Below, piece by piece: positions 25,489 to 35,533 of a stretch of 58,752 bases of DNA. A program made the position numbers and the translations under genes. Origin of the DNA: a virus. The DNA lies in IMG/VR virus record IMGVR_UViG_3300045988_067221, positions 1-58,752 of that record. One strand, given 5' to 3'. Under the pieces are notes generated by a model. The model worked only from the letters and a program-made list of their open reading frames with translations. It was not told the DNA's origin and searched no databases. Numbering within the stretch: position 1 is the first letter of the stretch; every line of letters begins with the position of its first letter.

Positions 25489-25842
25489 ATGGCATACACG
25501 ATGGTTGAGCAGGTGAAAATCCGGTTGAAACAATTTTATATTGATGCGGACGATTCTGTTGTGTTTGACCATAAGGAAGACAATCCTTTGATTGAGCAAT
25601 TGATTGAACAGGCACAGCAGGAAGTAACGAGCAGACGGATGTATCCGAGCAGTTATACGCAGGAACAGATCGACAGTGATATGAAGAATTATGAGGGAGT
25701 CATAGTTAATCTTGCTGTGTATGACAAGTCACAGGCAGGCGAGGCTTACATGGCTGCTTACACAGAAAATGGTGTGAGCAGAACATGGAAAGACCGTGAA
25801 AATCTTTTTGCCGGTGTATATCCGTTTGTAAAAGCACTTTAG
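25489..25842 (+). CDS. Head-tail connector (gp6-like)
   Basis: MAYTMVEQVKIRLKQFYIDADD....LIEQAQQEV.. and gene order. Confidence 0.6.
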   Translation: MAYTMVEQVKIRLKQFYIDADDSVVFDHKEDNPLIEQLIEQAQQEVTSRRMYPSSYTQEQIDSDMKNYEGVIVNLAVYDKSQAGEAYMAAYTENGVSRTWKDRENLFAGVYPFVKAL

Positions 25843-25943
25843 TAGATTGAGCGTTACCATTTTCGCGGAGCAACGAAAAAGGTAGCAGGGGCGTGCTATA
25901 GGTGGTGGAGGGCGGTACGTAAATAAAAATGCAGGAGATATAA

Positions 25944-26249
25944 ATGAAAGACTTTTTATTACAGACATACATCATAGTCCTTCCTATTTTTCTGGGCTAT
26001 ATCGTCTGGCTTCTGCAACAGCAGAAAAAGGATAGAGACGCAAACAGCAAGGGAACGATGCTTCTTTTGCGCGTGCAACTGATTGAGTATCACGATAAAT
26101 ACGTTAAGTTAGGCGAGATTCCGTCATACGCATTTGACAATTTTGTTGAGATGTATAATGCCTACCATGCTTTGGGCGGAAATGGAATGGTAACCAAAAT
26201 GTATAACGAGATACAAGAACTACATTTAAGAAGTGGAGGGAAAGAGTAA
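25944..26249 (+). CDS. Single-pass membrane protein (possible holin partner)
   Basis: N-terminal TM LLQTYIIVLPIFLGYIVWLL; directly upstream of the holin-like gene. Confidence 0.4.
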   Translation: MKDFLLQTYIIVLPIFLGYIVWLLQQQKKDRDANSKGTMLLLRVQLIEYHDKYVKLGEIPSYAFDNFVEMYNAYHALGGNGMVTKMYNEIQELHLRSGGKE

Positions 26250-26518
26250 TGGATATCACACAGATTGGAACATCTTTAGCAATCATCGTTATCTGCTATC
26301 TGATCGGATTGGGAGCTAAGACTATTCCGAGCATTAAAGATAATCTTATTCCTGTTATCGTCGGAGTGTCCGGCGGAACCCTTGGTGCAATTGGAATGTA
26401 TGTTATGCCGGAGTTTCCGGCAAGTGACATTATGACAGCAATTGCAGTTGGTATTGTGAGCGGTCTGGCCAGCACCGGAGTAAATCAGGTCTACAAACAG
26501 GTAAAGAAAGATGCTTGA
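26249..26518 (+). CDS. Holin (Hol44 / phi-LC3-like, multi-TM)
   Basis: 89 aa; ..LIPVIVGVSGGTLGAIG....AIAVGIVSGLASTGVNQVYKQVKK. Confidence 0.6.
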   Translation: MDITQIGTSLAIIVICYLIGLGAKTIPSIKDNLIPVIVGVSGGTLGAIGMYVMPEFPASDIMTAIAVGIVSGLASTGVNQVYKQVKKDA

Positions 26519-26936
26519 CATCAATAAGCAGTTGATGAAGTATTCGCAGCACGGTCAAAAAGTCACCATCTATGAGAAAGATGATGATGGAAACATCAAA
26601 TACTACGTGGATGGTGACGGTAACAAAATCCCTTTGATTGCAGATGAGAAAGTTGGTTTTTCAGAACCAAAAGAGTTCTACGCTAATATCAGTAATAAGT
26701 TGAGCGAAGTTCTGGTAAAAGAGTTTGGAGTTGATGACAGTAGCACTTATGTACAGATCGTTACCGATAAAGGATACCTTCCTCTGAAAGCCGGTGATGT
26801 GGTCTGGAAGAAGTCTGAAGTCGGTTATGATGATTCTGGACTGGTGGACAGCACAACAGCTGATTATGAGGTTAAGGGAGTTGCTGATGAGGGTCTGACT
26901 GTTGATCTGTTTTTACTACAGAAAGTTGTGAAGTGA
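26511..26936 (+). CDS. Structural-module hypothetical protein
   Basis: ORF track; gene order. Confidence 0.5.
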   Translation: MLDINKQLMKYSQHGQKVTIYEKDDDGNIKYYVDGDGNKIPLIADEKVGFSEPKEFYANISNKLSEVLVKEFGVDDSSTYVQIVTDKGYLPLKAGDVVWKKSEVGYDDSGLVDSTTADYEVKGVADEGLTVDLFLLQKVVK

Positions 26937-26937
26937 T

Positions 26938-27441
26938 ATGTCAAAAACCATTTCAGTATCATTGTCAGAAAAATCATTTCGGGATGCATCAAAAGAGATT
27001 TTGAAGTACAAAAAAGAAATCATTGCGAAGTGCCGGACGTTTGCGGAGCGTCTGGCAGAACGTGGTGTAGAAATTGCTCAAATGAAAATCCAAAGTCACA
27101 ACGCAGTTTATACTGGTGAACTGTGGGCGAGCATACAAAAGACTCCGGGAATGGTTTTAAAGTATGGCAGCACCTATATCGTCTACACGGATTGCCCGTG
27201 GGCGAAATATGTTGAGTTTGGTACTGGTATTACCGGTTTGCATAATCCTCACCCGAATGCATCTGTATCAGGTTGGAAATATGATGTTAATGAGCATGGG
27301 GAATCCGGCTGGTTTTACTACAGAGACGGAGAGTGGCACTGGACAAAAGGAATGCCGTCCAGACCGTTCATGTACGAGACCGATCTGGAACTGATACTGG
27401 AAATTTCAAAGATTGCAAAGGAGGTGTTCGGCAATGGCTAG
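26938..27441 (+). CDS. HK97 gp10-like neck/tail component
   Basis: ..TGELWASIQK.....YTDCPWAKYVEFGTG. Confidence 0.55.
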   Translation: MSKTISVSLSEKSFRDASKEILKYKKEIIAKCRTFAERLAERGVEIAQMKIQSHNAVYTGELWASIQKTPGMVLKYGSTYIVYTDCPWAKYVEFGTGITGLHNPHPNASVSGWKYDVNEHGESGWFYYRDGEWHWTKGMPSRPFMYETDLELILEISKIAKEVFGNG

Positions 27442-27832
27442 TGGTAATCAATGGGCATTTGACATTGATACAAATGTGTTCTCAAAAATCTATGCTCAGC
27501 TTCATGAGAAGTACCCAAAAGCTCTTATCACTCGTGATGAGCAGTCGAGCACCACACCTACATTCCCAACGATTCTTATACAGGCATTAGAGCCGGTAGA
27601 ACTGAATCCAGATATGGAAACGCAGATCAATAGCGTGCTGTTTAGCACACAGATCAAAGTAACTACAAACAAAGACAGAAGTACAGCCATGAGCATAGCA
27701 AGCGAAGTGGCAAAGCGTTATAAGGATTTATCGTTTCAGTTAATCGGAATGCCTTATTGCCGGAAAGAAGATAAGCTGTGGTCAGCTACCTTCCGGGCAA
27801 GAAGAACGTTCGATTGGAACGACAGATTATAA
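27434..27832 (+). CDS. Tail completion/terminator-like protein
   Basis: ATG at 27434 overlaps the upstream stop; position before the major tail gene. Confidence 0.45.
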   Translation: MASGNQWAFDIDTNVFSKIYAQLHEKYPKALITRDEQSSTTPTFPTILIQALEPVELNPDMETQINSVLFSTQIKVTTNKDRSTAMSIASEVAKRYKDLSFQLIGMPYCRKEDKLWSATFRARRTFDWNDRL

Positions 27833-27857
27833 AGAGCAGCAATGCTCTTATTTTTTT
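27833..27857 (+). terminator. Hairpin plus T-run just before the major tail gene
   Basis: agagca-gcaa-tgctct followed by tattttttt. Confidence 0.6.
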
Positions 27858-27881
27858 ACTTATTTTTAGGAGGTAAGAATT

Positions 27882-28382
27882 ATGGCAACAGGCTTAAAAA
27901 GTAGAATTGCTTATAAGGAACCGAGTTCCAGCGCGGTAGCAGGTGCTTACTGGGCAGGAACTTACAAGCTGCTTATCAGAGCAAAATCAATCCCGTCCCC
28001 GTTCGGCTCCCAGAACATGGTAGATACTTCAACTCTGGAAGACCTTGTTGAGACTCAGGAGATGGGAAGACGTTCTGCTGGTTCCATGGAAGTTGAAGGT
28101 GCTTTTGAGAAAAAGTACAAAGATGAGATGGTTCAGAATGAGGGCAAGAAGCTCGACTTCATTATCCTGTACGGTACTGACGGAAAAGGTTCTGAAGGTA
28201 TTTGTGGATTCATTGGGCAGGAGGCTTTTGCTCCCGGTGAGGCTTCTGACGATCATCTGACCGGTACTGCTACGGTTTCCGTACAGACCGTCCCGAAGTG
28301 GATTGAGGATGACTATGATGTTGCGGTAACAGAGGATGAGAACGGTTATCCGACTGCTATTACCCTGACAAAAAAATCATAA
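27882..28382 (+). CDS. Major tail protein
   Basis: 166 aa; strong RBS aggagg; position upstream of the chaperone pair and TMP. Confidence 0.7.
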   Translation: MATGLKSRIAYKEPSSSAVAGAYWAGTYKLLIRAKSIPSPFGSQNMVDTSTLEDLVETQEMGRRSAGSMEVEGAFEKKYKDEMVQNEGKKLDFIILYGTDGKGSEGICGFIGQEAFAPGEASDDHLTGTATVSVQTVPKWIEDDYDVAVTEDENGYPTAITLTKKS

Positions 28383-28530
28383 GCCAGTACGCTAAAAGCA
28401 GAAAAGCCGTGGTGACTGGCTACGATGACAAAACGGCTGAGTCGGAAGTTGATATGTGGTAAAGGTGAAATGTGGGGCGGTCTACGAACTGCCCCCTTTC
28501 CTATAACAGATTCATGGAAAGGGAAAAGAA

Positions 28531-28989
28531 ATGAAAGAAATTACAGTTAATGGAAATGACTACAAATTAGAGTTTAGCTTTGAAGCGGCAGAAAGAAAAG
28601 ACTTTGTGTCTATGATGTTCCGTATTGTCTCCGGTGCAGCACTTCTGGAAGATGCGGCTGACATGGATAATCCGACACCTAAAGACATGATTAACGGAAC
28701 AATCAACATGGTATCTGATATTCCGCACATCTGCCGTACCGGATTTTTTGTCGGTCTGATGGAGAATAATCCGGTATCAGAGACAGAAGCAAAAGCGCTG
28801 ATGAAATCATATATGAAAGAGAATAAAATCGGTTATGTAGACCTGTATGAAGACCTGCGCAAATGCATGGAGGAGGACGGTTTTTTCGAGCTGTCCGGAA
28901 TCACCAAAATGCTGAATCAGATGGCAGAGAATCAGAAGCCGAGAAAAGTGCCGCAGGATCACAAGCAGAAATCAACTGGCACAAAATAA
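28531..28989 (+). CDS. Tail assembly chaperone (G-like, short form)
   Basis: Position; the -1 frame is open from 28863 to 29345. Confidence 0.7.
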   Translation: MKEITVNGNDYKLEFSFEAAERKDFVSMMFRIVSGAALLEDAADMDNPTPKDMINGTINMVSDIPHICRTGFFVGLMENNPVSETEAKALMKSYMKENKIGYVDLYEDLRKCMEEDGFFELSGITKMLNQMAENQKPRKVPQDHKQKSTGTK

Positions 28990-29345
28990 TCTGGGAAGAA
29001 TACTTCCCGGTGGCTTTTTCCATCGGAATTTCAATAGAGGAGTTCAAGCACCTTAATCCCACGAAACTTGGATATTGTCTGAAAGGCTATGCAATCCAGG
29101 AACGTAGAAAGGATGCACAGATGTGGGCATGGTTAGGAAATTACGGCTTGTCTGCCGTGGCTACAGCCATTGAACATAATTTTGCAAAACATCCGAAGTC
29201 CAAATACATTGAAAAACCGATGCTTCAAGACGAAAAAGAAAATACTTTTGGTAACACCGAGTCGAGAGAGGAATGTGCTGTGTATGAAATGAAGCAGAGA
29301 ATCAATCTTCTCAGGCAGCAAGGTTTACCAGAAAGTCCTGATTAG
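28531..29345 (+). CDS. Tail assembly chaperone long form (GT-like) via -1 programmed frameshift
   Basis: The -1 frame after T_TTT_TTC reads FFRAVRNHQ..IIWEEYFP.. without stops up to 29345. Confidence 0.6.
28881..28887 (+). promoter_or_regulatory. Candidate -1 slippery heptamer T TTT TTC
   Basis: 0-frame ggT TTT TTC. An alternative slip could occur at C AAA ATA A next to the stop (28984-28989). Confidence 0.5.
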
Positions 29346-29359
29346 GAGGAAATATTATT

Positions 29360-30073
29360 ATGAGAATTAACGTACATGCCGGACATAACCCGGCAGGAAA
29401 GGTAGCTTGCGGAGCAGTAGGACTTATCAATGAGTCAACCGAGGCAAGAAGAGTAAAGGATGAGGTAATCAGTCAGTTCCGGCAGCTGGGACATACGGTC
29501 TATGACTGTACCGTGGATAATGGCACGGGACAGAAAGATGTATTACGGAAAATCGTGCAGAAATGCAGACTGCATGAAGTCGATCTTGATGTATCCATCC
29601 ACTTCAATTCCGGTGCGAATGATAAATCTGGCAATGGTAAGACAACCGGAGTCGAGGTACTGGTCTACTCTGCGTCCAGCAAAGCAAAAGTCTATGCTGA
29701 GAAAGTCTGTGCTGCTATTGCAAGATTAGGCTTCCGGAATCGTGGTGTAAAGGTAAATTCCAGTCTTTATGTGCTGAAAAATACCAAGGCTCCTGCAATG
29801 CTGGTTGAGTGCTGTTTCGTGGACGATAAGGACGATGTGAAACTTTATAATTACTATGAGATGGCATCAGCTATCGTTTACGGAATCACCGGCGAGAAGG
29901 TCTCTGCGATATCTGAAACCGAAAAGGCAGATGCAGGTGAGGAAACTACCACTGGCAATCCAAAAGCTCTTTATCGGGTGCAGGTGGGCGCATACGGGGT
30001 AAAGGGAAATGCGCAGGCAATGGCAGGTAAACTGAAAAATGCCGGTTTTGATGCGGCAATCGTGCAGGCATAA
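29360..30073 (+). CDS. N-acetylmuramoyl-L-alanine amidase (Amidase_3) with C-terminal SPOR domain: endolysin
   Basis: MRINVHAGHNP...DLDVSIHFNSG...VLKNTKAPAMLVECCFVD; C-terminal ..YRVQVGAYGVKGNAQAMAGKLKNAGFDAAIV. Confidence 0.85.
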   Translation: MRINVHAGHNPAGKVACGAVGLINESTEARRVKDEVISQFRQLGHTVYDCTVDNGTGQKDVLRKIVQKCRLHEVDLDVSIHFNSGANDKSGNGKTTGVEVLVYSASSKAKVYAEKVCAAIARLGFRNRGVKVNSSLYVLKNTKAPAMLVECCFVDDKDDVKLYNYYEMASAIVYGITGEKVSAISETEKADAGEETTTGNPKALYRVQVGAYGVKGNAQAMAGKLKNAGFDAAIVQA

Positions 30074-30199
30074 TTTTAGTCTGATTTTATGGGGCAGTAG
30101 GTGTCAAAGCTTACTGCCCTTTTTTGCTTATAACGAGCAACCTGACACCGTTTTAGGTGTTCGCTAACCATTTAAAAACTAATGGTGGAGGTGAAATAA

Positions 30200-33100
30200 A
30201 TGGCAGCAACCACGATTGATGATCTTCAGATCAAGATTGAAGCGGATGCGAAAACTGCTTCTGATAAGCTGGATGCACTTGCTCAAAGCATGGTGAAACT
30301 GGCATCAAGCCTAAGCATCAACGTTGGCAAGATGTCTGGTGTTGCTATTGGACTTAATAGCATTACCAGAGCTTCACAGAATCTCAATTCCAGAAATATA
30401 ACAACACTGGCAACTGCTATGGGGAAAGTAGCAGGTGTGGATTCTGCTCAAATTTCCAGAGTAGCTGGTTCTATGACGCAGCTAAAAAACAGCGTTTCTG
30501 GCGGTTTTAACACCGATATGACCGGAATAGTGAATGTAGCTAATTCACTGTCAAAACTGGGCGGTACAAAGGCTACACAAGGTGCGCAGAACCTTGTTCT
30601 CATAAAAGATCAGCTTGCTCAATTTGTGCAAGGCATGAACAGCGTAGGAACATTTACGTTTGACCCTACTGGGCTGACCAACACAATTAAAGCTATTGCG
30701 AAGCTGGGCGGAAAGACAGCAACGCAGGCAATGGCAAATCTTCCGAGCATTTCTGCTCAGTTACAGAATTTTGTCCGGCAAATGAACCAGATCGGCTCTA
30801 TGTCGTTTGACAACAAGAATTTAACCGACCTTGTAACGTCCATAGGCAGGCTAGGAAGTGTTGCAAGTGGGCGAGCGGTAAATAATATACCTTTGCTTGC
30901 AAACAACCTTAAATACCTGTTTGAGACGCTCTCAAAAGCACCATACATCAGCCAGAACATTATCCAGATGACCACGGCACTGGCTAATCTGGCACGTACA
31001 GGAGCATCTAGTGGTACTGCGGCAAGATCACTTGGGACAAGTCTTTTCTCATTCTCGAAATCTGCCGGTAACGCAAGAAAGAGTGCATTTTCTTTGGCAG
31101 GTGCAATCGGTAAGTTTTACGCAACTTACTGGATGGTCATTAGAGGACTTGGACTTTTTCGTGATGCTATTGACATCTCATCCGATTTAACAGAGGTTGA
31201 GAACGTTGTCCGTACCACGTTCGGAAATATGGAGTACAAGGTTAATGACTTTGTGCAGAACTCCATTCAGCAGTTCGGTATGTCTGAGCTTTCCGTTAAG
31301 CAGTATGCCAGTACGTTCCAGGCTATGGGAACTGCTATGGATGTCGGCGGCAAACAGATCGAGAAAGCAAACAGCTTTTTAAGTGGTGCTACGGATGGAT
31401 ATGTCGGATTGTCAGATTCTATGTCCGATGTGTCTTTGAATCTTACTAAACTGACGGCGGATATGGCATCTTTCTACGACAAAGATCAGGCAGATGTTGC
31501 CAAAGACCTGCAATCTGTATTCACCGGAATGGTAGTTCCGCTACGTAAATATGGACTTGATCTGACGCAGGCTACTCTGAAAGAGTGGGCAATGAAGAAC
31601 GGTATGGATGCTGATATTAAGTCCATGACGCAGGCAGAAAAGGCAATGCTGCGGTATCAGTACGTCCTAGCAAATACCACGGCAGCGCAAGGGGACTTCT
31701 CCAGGACAGCCGATACATGGGCGAACCAAGTACGAATTTTGAAACAGAACTTCCAGCAGTTAGGCGGCATTATTGGTGGTGCGCTGATTAACGCATTCAA
31801 ACCGTTTTTACGGACTCTGAATTTTGTTATGCAGAAGGTAATCAGCTTTGCCACAACCGTAACAAATGCCCTTGGTGCAATCTTCGGTTGGAAATTTGAA
31901 GTGTCCGGCGGTGGTGTGGTTGACGACTGGTCAGATGCGGCAAGTTCAGCTGATGATCTGGCAGACAGTACCGGTAAAGCAGCTGACAATACAAAGAAGA
32001 TGAAGAACAATCTTCATGCACTGGATGAGTTGAATATTAACAATGGTTATGATAACGGAACAGGTTCCGGCGGTTCTGGTTCCGGTGCAGGTGGCGCAGG
32101 TGGCGGTGCTGGCTCTGGTGGTCTGGTTAAGACAGACACTATCTGGAAAGATTTTGAAAGTAATATCAAAGACCTGTATCAGTTGGGCGAGTATATCCGT
32201 GATGCACTTATCGGTGCAATGGAAAGTATTGACTGGGATAGTGTATATGAGAAAGCAAGAAACTTTGGTACTGGTCTGGCAGAGTTTCTTAATGGACTTT
32301 TTGCTGGATCTAACGGAATTACTCTGTTTGGAGAAGTTGGAAAAACTATTGCGAGCGCATTAAATACGGTAGTTTATGCGGCGCTGTCATTTGGCAAAGA
32401 ATTTAATTTTGAACAGTTTGGATACAACATAGCTGATGGAATCAATAACTTTTTTGCTACTTTTGACTTTGCAGCATTGGCAGAAACCTTGAATACTTGG
32501 GCAAATGGAATACTAAAAGTTGCAAGCGAATCTATTACAAATATAGATTGGAAAAAAGTATTTGAAGGTGTTGGAAACGTAGTTTTTAATCTGGATGCAT
32601 CTGCTATTGTTGAAGTTGCTTTACTCTCATTGACTTGGAAAAACAAAACGCAAATTCTTAAAACCGCAGGCACGACTTTGCTAAATATTTTTACTGGAGG
32701 TATTACACTTACAAAGGTATTAGTCAGCCTTAAAAAAATAAGTTTTGCTCTTCCTGGGACACCTGCATTTGATGTTGTCGCTACTAGCATATTAGATACT
32801 ATTGGAGAATGCATCAAAAACTTAATTCCAGATTGGGCAAACAGAGCTTTAAGCAGAATTGGAGCTGGCTTGGTTGCTGGAGCTGTTGGTGGATCATGGT
32901 TTCCTGGAGTAGGCACAATTGCAGGAGCAATTATTGGAGCAATTACTGGTGCGATATCTGCAATAGAAATTGACGGGCAAGGTATCCTCAAAATTATTTT
33001 TGACAAAATTTTTAATTTTGATTTGACATCTTCGATGTTCGATTCTGCAAGAGAAAATTTTGCAAAAGGTGGTATAAATATTGTTCTTGGTATCATTGAC

Positions 33101-34453
33101 GGAATAGCAGGAGTGCTTGATTTTGTTGTTGAGCCTATAGCAGATTTATTCACATGCGTATGGGATGCTTTATGTAATGTATTTGGCATTCATAGCCCAG
33201 CAGAGACAATGAAGCCAATAGGAAGATATATTGTTCTCGGAATAATTGAAGGCTTAAGCAATACAATAGATGAATTTATTGGAACATTGGAAAATTTTGC
33301 AAGCAGATCAATAGCTTATCTGAACGAAAAAGTTCCAGAAATTATAAGCAGCATATCAATTTTTTTCAGAGAAGATTTGCCCCAAAATATTAAAGAAGCA
33401 TTTGATAATGTTATGAAAAAATTTTCTGAATGGAAGAACAATGCTGTTCTATTTGTAACTGAAAAAGTTCCAGAAATAGCAAACGGAATTATAGATGCAT
33501 TCAAAAATCTTAAAGATAATTTGTTTGACATTGGGAAAAATGCTATAAATGGTCTTTGGGATGGCATGAAAAATACCTGGGATACAGTCAAAACAGGAAT
33601 TTCGGATTTTGTTTCTGGAATAACAACCGTCTTTACGGATGGTCTTGATATCCATAGCCCAAGCCGCGTCATGGCTGAAATAGGCGGATATACGATAGCT
33701 GGATTTAACAACGGAATTATCGAAAATATCCAGACAACAATGAACTCTATCCATGAGTGGATATCTAACATTGAAGCAGTATTAGCTCCTGAGGTATGGG
33801 CAAATATTTTTAATAATATAATCCGTGGTTTCCAATATAAATGGTTGGAGTTCCGAACATTTTGGAATAGCAGCTTGAACGCATGGTGGAATGCAAATGT
33901 TACTCCGTGGTTTGCAGTCGCAAAATGGACTGCACTTGGAAATAACATGAAGAACGGATTGTATTATGGATTTAAGGGAATTGTGCAGATGATAGGATCT
34001 GTTATGAATGGTATGATAGATGTATTTAATGCCGGTCTTTCTCGAATCAAGAATGCAATGAACAGTCTTATAAGCGATTATAATTCTGTTGCTGGTGAGC
34101 TTGGTGTTTCAAAACTTTCTCATGTGAATGTTGCTACAATCTCAAAAATCAACATTCCAAAATATGAAGTTGGTGGATTCCCTGAGGACGGTCTGTTTTT
34201 TGCGAACCATAATGAAATGGTTGGTCAGTTTTCTAACGGAAAAACAGCGGTTGCAAACAATGAGCAGATTGTTGCAGGAATCCGCGAAGGAGTAAAAGCA
34301 GCAGTTTCAGAGATCCTTGCTCCGTATCTGTCAGATATTGCGGACAGTAATAGAGAGATTGCTGAAAAAGATGCATCTTTCACGGTGGACGGTAGAGAGC
34401 TTGTAAAAGCAATCAACGAAAGAGAATCAAGGAATGGCTTCAGTTTCACGTAA
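30200..34453 (+). CDS. Tail tape measure protein
   Basis: 1417 aa; repetitive helical, Gly-rich and hydrophobic segments; position after the chaperones. Confidence 0.9.
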   Translation: MAATTIDDLQIKIEADAKTASDKLDALAQSMVKLASSLSINVGKMSGVAIGLNSITRASQNLNSRNITTLATAMGKVAGVDSAQISRVAGSMTQLKNSVSGGFNTDMTGIVNVANSLSKLGGTKATQGAQNLVLIKDQLAQFVQGMNSVGTFTFDPTGLTNTIKAIAKLGGKTATQAMANLPSISAQLQNFVRQMNQIGSMSFDNKNLTDLVTSIGRLGSVASGRAVNNIPLLANNLKYLFETLSKAPYISQNIIQMTTALANLARTGASSGTAARSLGTSLFSFSKSAGNARKSAFSLAGAIGKFYATYWMVIRGLGLFRDAIDISSDLTEVENVVRTTFGNMEYKVNDFVQNSIQQFGMSELSVKQYASTFQAMGTAMDVGGKQIEKANSFLSGATDGYVGLSDSMSDVSLNLTKLTADMASFYDKDQADVAKDLQSVFTGMVVPLRKYGLDLTQATLKEWAMKNGMDADIKSMTQAEKAMLRYQYVLANTTAAQGDFSRTADTWANQVRILKQNFQQLGGIIGGALINAFKPFLRTLNFVMQKVISFATTVTNALGAIFGWKFEVSGGGVVDDWSDAASSADDLADSTGKAADNTKKMKNNLHALDELNINNGYDNGTGSGGSGSGAGGAGGGAGSGGLVKTDTIWKDFESNIKDLYQLGEYIRDALIGAMESIDWDSVYEKARNFGTGLAEFLNGLFAGSNGITLFGEVGKTIASALNTVVYAALSFGKEFNFEQFGYNIADGINNFFATFDFAALAETLNTWANGILKVASESITNIDWKKVFEGVGNVVFNLDASAIVEVALLSLTWKNKTQILKTAGTTLLNIFTGGITLTKVLVSLKKISFALPGTPAFDVVATSILDTIGECIKNLIPDWANRALSRIGAGLVAGAVGGSWFPGVGTIAGAIIGAITGAISAIEIDGQGILKIIFDKIFNFDLTSSMFDSARENFAKGGINIVLGIIDGIAGVLDFVVEPIADLFTCVWDALCNVFGIHSPAETMKPIGRYIVLGIIEGLSNTIDEFIGTLENFASRSIAYLNEKVPEIISSISIFFREDLPQNIKEAFDNVMKKFSEWKNNAVLFVTEKVPEIANGIIDAFKNLKDNLFDIGKNAINGLWDGMKNTWDTVKTGISDFVSGITTVFTDGLDIHSPSRVMAEIGGYTIAGFNNGIIENIQTTMNSIHEWISNIEAVLAPEVWANIFNNIIRGFQYKWLEFRTFWNSSLNAWWNANVTPWFAVAKWTALGNNMKNGLYYGFKGIVQMIGSVMNGMIDVFNAGLSRIKNAMNSLISDYNSVAGELGVSKLSHVNVATISKINIPKYEVGGFPEDGLFFANHNEMVGQFSNGKTAVANNEQIVAGIREGVKAAVSEILAPYLSDIADSNREIAEKDASFTVDGRELVKAINERESRNGFSFT

Positions 34454-34458
34454 AACTA

Positions 34459-34495
34459 AGGCGGTGGGGGTAAAACCTGCCGCCTCTTTTATTTT
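34459..34495 (+). terminator. Terminator after the tape measure gene
   Basis: aggcgg...ccgcct followed by cttttatttt. Confidence 0.6.
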
Positions 34496-34506
34496 GTCAT
34501 TTTTCG

Positions 34507-34515
34507 TGGTATAAT
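34507..34515 (+). promoter_or_regulatory. Extended -10 promoter (TGgTATAAT) of the moron
   Basis: tggtataat sits 30 nt upstream of the ATG at 34546. Confidence 0.45.
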
Positions 34516-34545
34516 CTGGATATATTTTTATTGGAGGAAAAGTTA

Positions 34546-35172
34546 ATGAAAGAAAACAACGAAACCAAAGTATGTAAGTATTGCCAGACAGAAATCTCCA
34601 AAAAAGCAAAGGTGTGCCCTAATTGCAAGCGCAAGCAGGGAGGTATAGGATGTTTAGGAGTAATTTTAATAGTTGCATTTGCACTTATTTTTATTGATAC
34701 ATTTGCTTCTTCAATGAGTAAAGACAAAAATCCTGAAAAAGTTGGAGAAGTGGGATCTGAATTATCAGAAATTGGTACGCAATCAATTGACAATACTTTT
34801 AATGTTGGCGATGTAGTTGAAACAGATAATTTTAGAATTACTTATGAGTCCGCAGGGGAGTATACAAACGGAAATGAATTTTTGCAGCCAAAAGATGGAT
34901 ATGTATACTTTCAGTTTACATTTAAGTTTGAAAATATTTCGGATACAGACCAAGCAATTTCAACTATGATTGATTGGGAATGTTATGCAGACAATTCAAA
35001 AGTAGATCAAACATGGATTGTTGATGATAATGGACTTGATGGAAAACTGTCCTCTGGGAGAGAATCAGAAGGATCTGTATATTTTGAAGTTCCAGAAGAT
35101 GCCGAGAGCGTTGAGCTTGAATACGATATTAACTTTTGGCAGAGCGATAAAATTATATTTGTTGGAAAGTGA
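34546..35172 (+). CDS. Zinc-ribbon / TM / DUF4352-like extracytoplasmic protein (moron)
   Basis: CKYCQTEI..CPNCK, TM GCLGVILIVAFALIFI, beta-rich C-terminal domain; ATG at 34546 after RBS ggagga. Confidence 0.65.
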   Translation: MKENNETKVCKYCQTEISKKAKVCPNCKRKQGGIGCLGVILIVAFALIFIDTFASSMSKDKNPEKVGEVGSELSEIGTQSIDNTFNVGDVVETDNFRITYESAGEYTNGNEFLQPKDGYVYFQFTFKFENISDTDQAISTMIDWECYADNSKVDQTWIVDDNGLDGKLSSGRESEGSVYFEVPEDAESVELEYDINFWQSDKIIFVGK

Positions 35173-35179
35173 CAATTTA

Positions 35180-35210
35180 AGGGGCAGATTTCTCTGCCCT
35201 TTATTTTTTT
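35180..35210 (+). terminator. Terminator after the moron
   Basis: aggggcaga-tttc-tctgccct followed by ttattttttt. Confidence 0.7.
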
Positions 35211-35263
35211 ACTTGTTTCGTTGCTCAATATAGTTCCATAGGGCGGTTTGCGCCGCCCTAGTT

Positions 35264-35533
35264 GGTGAACTAACTGAGAAGTTGGAAGTAGATAAGATCA
35301 TTATGAATGCAGTTCTTGTAACCTTTGTTAATGGAGTAGGTACTGTGACCTATGATGGTAAAGGATACTCAAAAGCAATATGTACAGCAAATTTTATGGC
35401 TGATGCTGCTTATCCATCTGGATATCATACTCAGCTTGGAGTAAATGCTGCAAATGGAATAATCAATTTTTACACTAGCTCCACAGCTAATGTAAAAACA
35501 TATGTATCCTATATTCTAGGTTTGAAAAAATAA
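35264..35533 (+). other. Silent (start-less) alternative C-terminal cassette of the tail-fibre tip gene
   Basis: Reads GELTEKLEVDKIIMNAVLVTF...VKTYVSYILGLKK, homologous to the C-terminal 87 aa of 35548-36156. No RBS or ATG; begins inside the inverted repeat. Confidence 0.75.
35265..35281 (+). repeat. Inverted repeat, left copy (GTGAACTAACTGAGAAG)
   Basis: Perfect 17-mer; its reverse complement lies at 35797-35813. Similarity continues inward (17 of the next 22 nt). Confidence 0.9.

Noticed and set aside
28368-28462. The A7 run (28370-28376) at the end of the major tail gene, which in the -1 frame would add 28 aa (IISQYAKSRKAVVTGYDDKTAESEVDMW)
   Set aside because: The extension is too short for the Ig-like domains usually added by tail-protein frameshifts and has no recognisable motif. 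It is possibly coincidental and worth only a glance in proteomics.
30757-34609. Several 60-270-aa ORFs on the minus strand or in other frames inside the tape-measure gene (for example 32374-33189 and 33316-33948)
   Set aside because: They are fully nested in a 1417-aa gene with clear TMP character. They have no RBS and low-complexity translated composition. They are antisense artefacts.
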